Shown: piece after piece, positions 62,619 to 64,000 of the stretch
Layout of the letters: the number at the start of each line of letters is the position of its first letter
Numbering within the stretch: the stretch's first letter is position 1
The notes under the pieces: generated by a model
Databases searched by the model: none
What the model saw: only the letters and a program-made list of their open reading frames with translations
What the model was told of the DNA's origin: nothing
From: Waterburya sp.
Lineage (GTDB): Bacteria; Cyanobacteriota; Cyanobacteriia; Cyanobacteriales; Xenococcaceae
Direction of reading: 5' to 3'
DNA length: 64,000 nucleotides
NCBI GenBank assembly: GCA_965217895.1
Contig: CBDCJV010000002.1
Location: 4,640,001-4,704,000, forward strand
Made by a program: the position numbers and the translations under genes

Positions 62619-63515
62619 ATGTCTGATGATACGTCGATGCAAAAAGAAGATTCAAAAGTTCCAAACGAGCGATTACCAAAAAAAGGTAGTGGTAATTTGT
62701 TAGTTAGAGCAAAAGCTAGCTTCAATAAAGGCAATGAATTACGAGAACAAGGATTATTGAGAGAATCGATCCTTAGCTATCAAAAGTCAATTAAACTCAA
62801 GCCTGATTATGTTCAACCATTGCTCAATCTGGCAGAGATATACAAAACTCAGAAAAACTGGCTAGAAGCAACAAAATGCTATAGACGTGCTATTGGTATA
62901 AATCCAGATAGACATGGCTTCTATCTTAGATTAGCCCAGGTTCTAAAACAGCAAAACAAAATTTATGGTGCGATCGCTGCCTATGCCGAAGCAATTGAGC
63001 TTAATCCTGATTTATCGGCTGGGGCATATAAAACTTACGCCGATCTTTTGGTTCAAAAAAATGATACAGCTAACGATGCACTTTTAGCTTATCAAAAAGC
63101 AGCAGAAATTAAGCACGATTGGCACGCTGACTTTTATGTTAAATTAGCTAGGCTATTAATGGATAATAAAAAGTTTGATGAAGCAATCAAATACTTGCAA
63201 AAAGCTATTGGCTTAGAATCAAATAATCCAGCACTGTACTTTTCCCTTGGAAATGCTCATCATCAGCTAGGAGAAATAAACGAGGCAGTAAGAAATTATC
63301 AAAAAGCGATCGCCTTGAAATCCGATTACGGTGAAGTTTACCAGAAGTTAGGCGATTTACTAAAGCAAAGAAATAAGCTAGATGAGGCGATTAAATGTTA
63401 CCAAAAAACATTAGCAATTAAGCCTGATTTTAAGATCGTTTATCGTTCTCTCGGAGATATTTTTATGGCTCAGGGTAGAGAAATTGAAGCTAAACAATGT
63501 TATCAAAGAGCATGA
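62619..63515 (+). CDS. Tetratricopeptide repeat protein
   Basis: Repeated A...Y.KAI...P 34-aa helical units. Confidence 0.9.
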   Translation: MSDDTSMQKEDSKVPNERLPKKGSGNLLVRAKASFNKGNELREQGLLRESILSYQKSIKLKPDYVQPLLNLAEIYKTQKNWLEATKCYRRAIGINPDRHGFYLRLAQVLKQQNKIYGAIAAYAEAIELNPDLSAGAYKTYADLLVQKNDTANDALLAYQKAAEIKHDWHADFYVKLARLLMDNKKFDEAIKYLQKAIGLESNNPALYFSLGNAHHQLGEINEAVRNYQKAIALKSDYGEVYQKLGDLLKQRNKLDEAIKCYQKTLAIKPDFKIVYRSLGDIFMAQGREIEAKQCYQRA

Positions 63516-63705
63516 TCGCTAGGTTACTTTGATTACTTGTCAAATGTTAGCAAATGATTGAGTTTAATTTTGTATTTGAGACTATAATACTATTGTAATA
63601 ACACAGCTAGCTATGAAAGTGAAAGACCTAGCTAGCTGCAAATTCACAAATTCAATTTTGTTGAATTTATTTAATTTTACTTTATAAACTATTAAGCTTT
63701 AGGGT

Positions 63706-63816
63706 TTAATAGTTTTTTTCATTGGCAAAATAAGCCCATGTGCCTATACCGACTGCCGCTACGTAGCCAATTGTTAAAACTAGGATCAAAGCGATCGCTG
63801 TTGGAGATAAAGTCAT
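63706..63816 (-). CDS. Putative 36-aa single-TM small protein
   Basis: MTLSPTAIALILVLTIGYVAAVGIGTWAYFANEKNY*, with GAGG 7 nt upstream of the ATG; below the ORF-track cutoff. Confidence 0.6.
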   Translation of the reverse strand: MTLSPTAIALILVLTIGYVAAVGIGTWAYFANEKNY

Positions 63817-64000
63817 AATTGAACCTCGTTATTGGTGTTCCTCCATAAGTTAACAAGAATGTCAATACTCTTCAACAAATATTAATGATCCCCAAAAATT
63901 GTTACAAACGGAAACAAAAAACTCAGATTTAGTTTATTTGCCTCACCCACAATCGTAAATATTTACAATGTTCACCCTGTTAAGCGCAAAATACTTTTTA

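Larger units (their letters stand above)
1..64000. repeat. HIP1 octamer (GCGATCGC) dispersed throughout
   Basis: Dozens of copies in core genes and spacers; none noticed in 21200-22230, 26040-27650 or 36590-39740. Confidence 0.95.

Overview
A 64-kb AT-rich cyanobacterial chromosomal segment, with abundant HIP1 octamers (GCGATCGC) and photosynthesis genes. It carries a urease cluster (urea-transporter/EF-hand gene, then ureA-B-G-D-E-F-C, with ureC running off the left edge), tRNA-Pro(CGG), lexA, a Zn/Mn ABC transporter with two Zur-like boxes, two Mg-chelatase H paralogs, a ferredoxin-fused nirA with NtcA/NtcB sites, chlP, pheS, apcD, cp12, glmM, hemJ, psaK and a very large repeat-rich PstS-like protein. 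The main unexplained structures are four. (1) A tRNA-Arg(CCU) gene is split by a 274-nt group I intron. (2) Eroded relic copies of core-gene ends (chlH 3' end twice, both ends of the chlH paralog, and the S4-domain gene) bracket accessory cassettes, with no integrase in the window and with HIP1 at some junctions. The cassettes include a GNAT three-gene unit, a methyltransferase-like plus AlkB pair and an orphan hicB. (3) A 199-bp non-autonomous IS200/IS605 element has IS608-type end signals. (4) Several proteins are unusual: a half-length urea channel fused to EF-hands, a site-2 protease lacking HExxH, and a chelatase carrying in-frame repeat insertions. All assignments come from reading motifs by eye; no searches were run.
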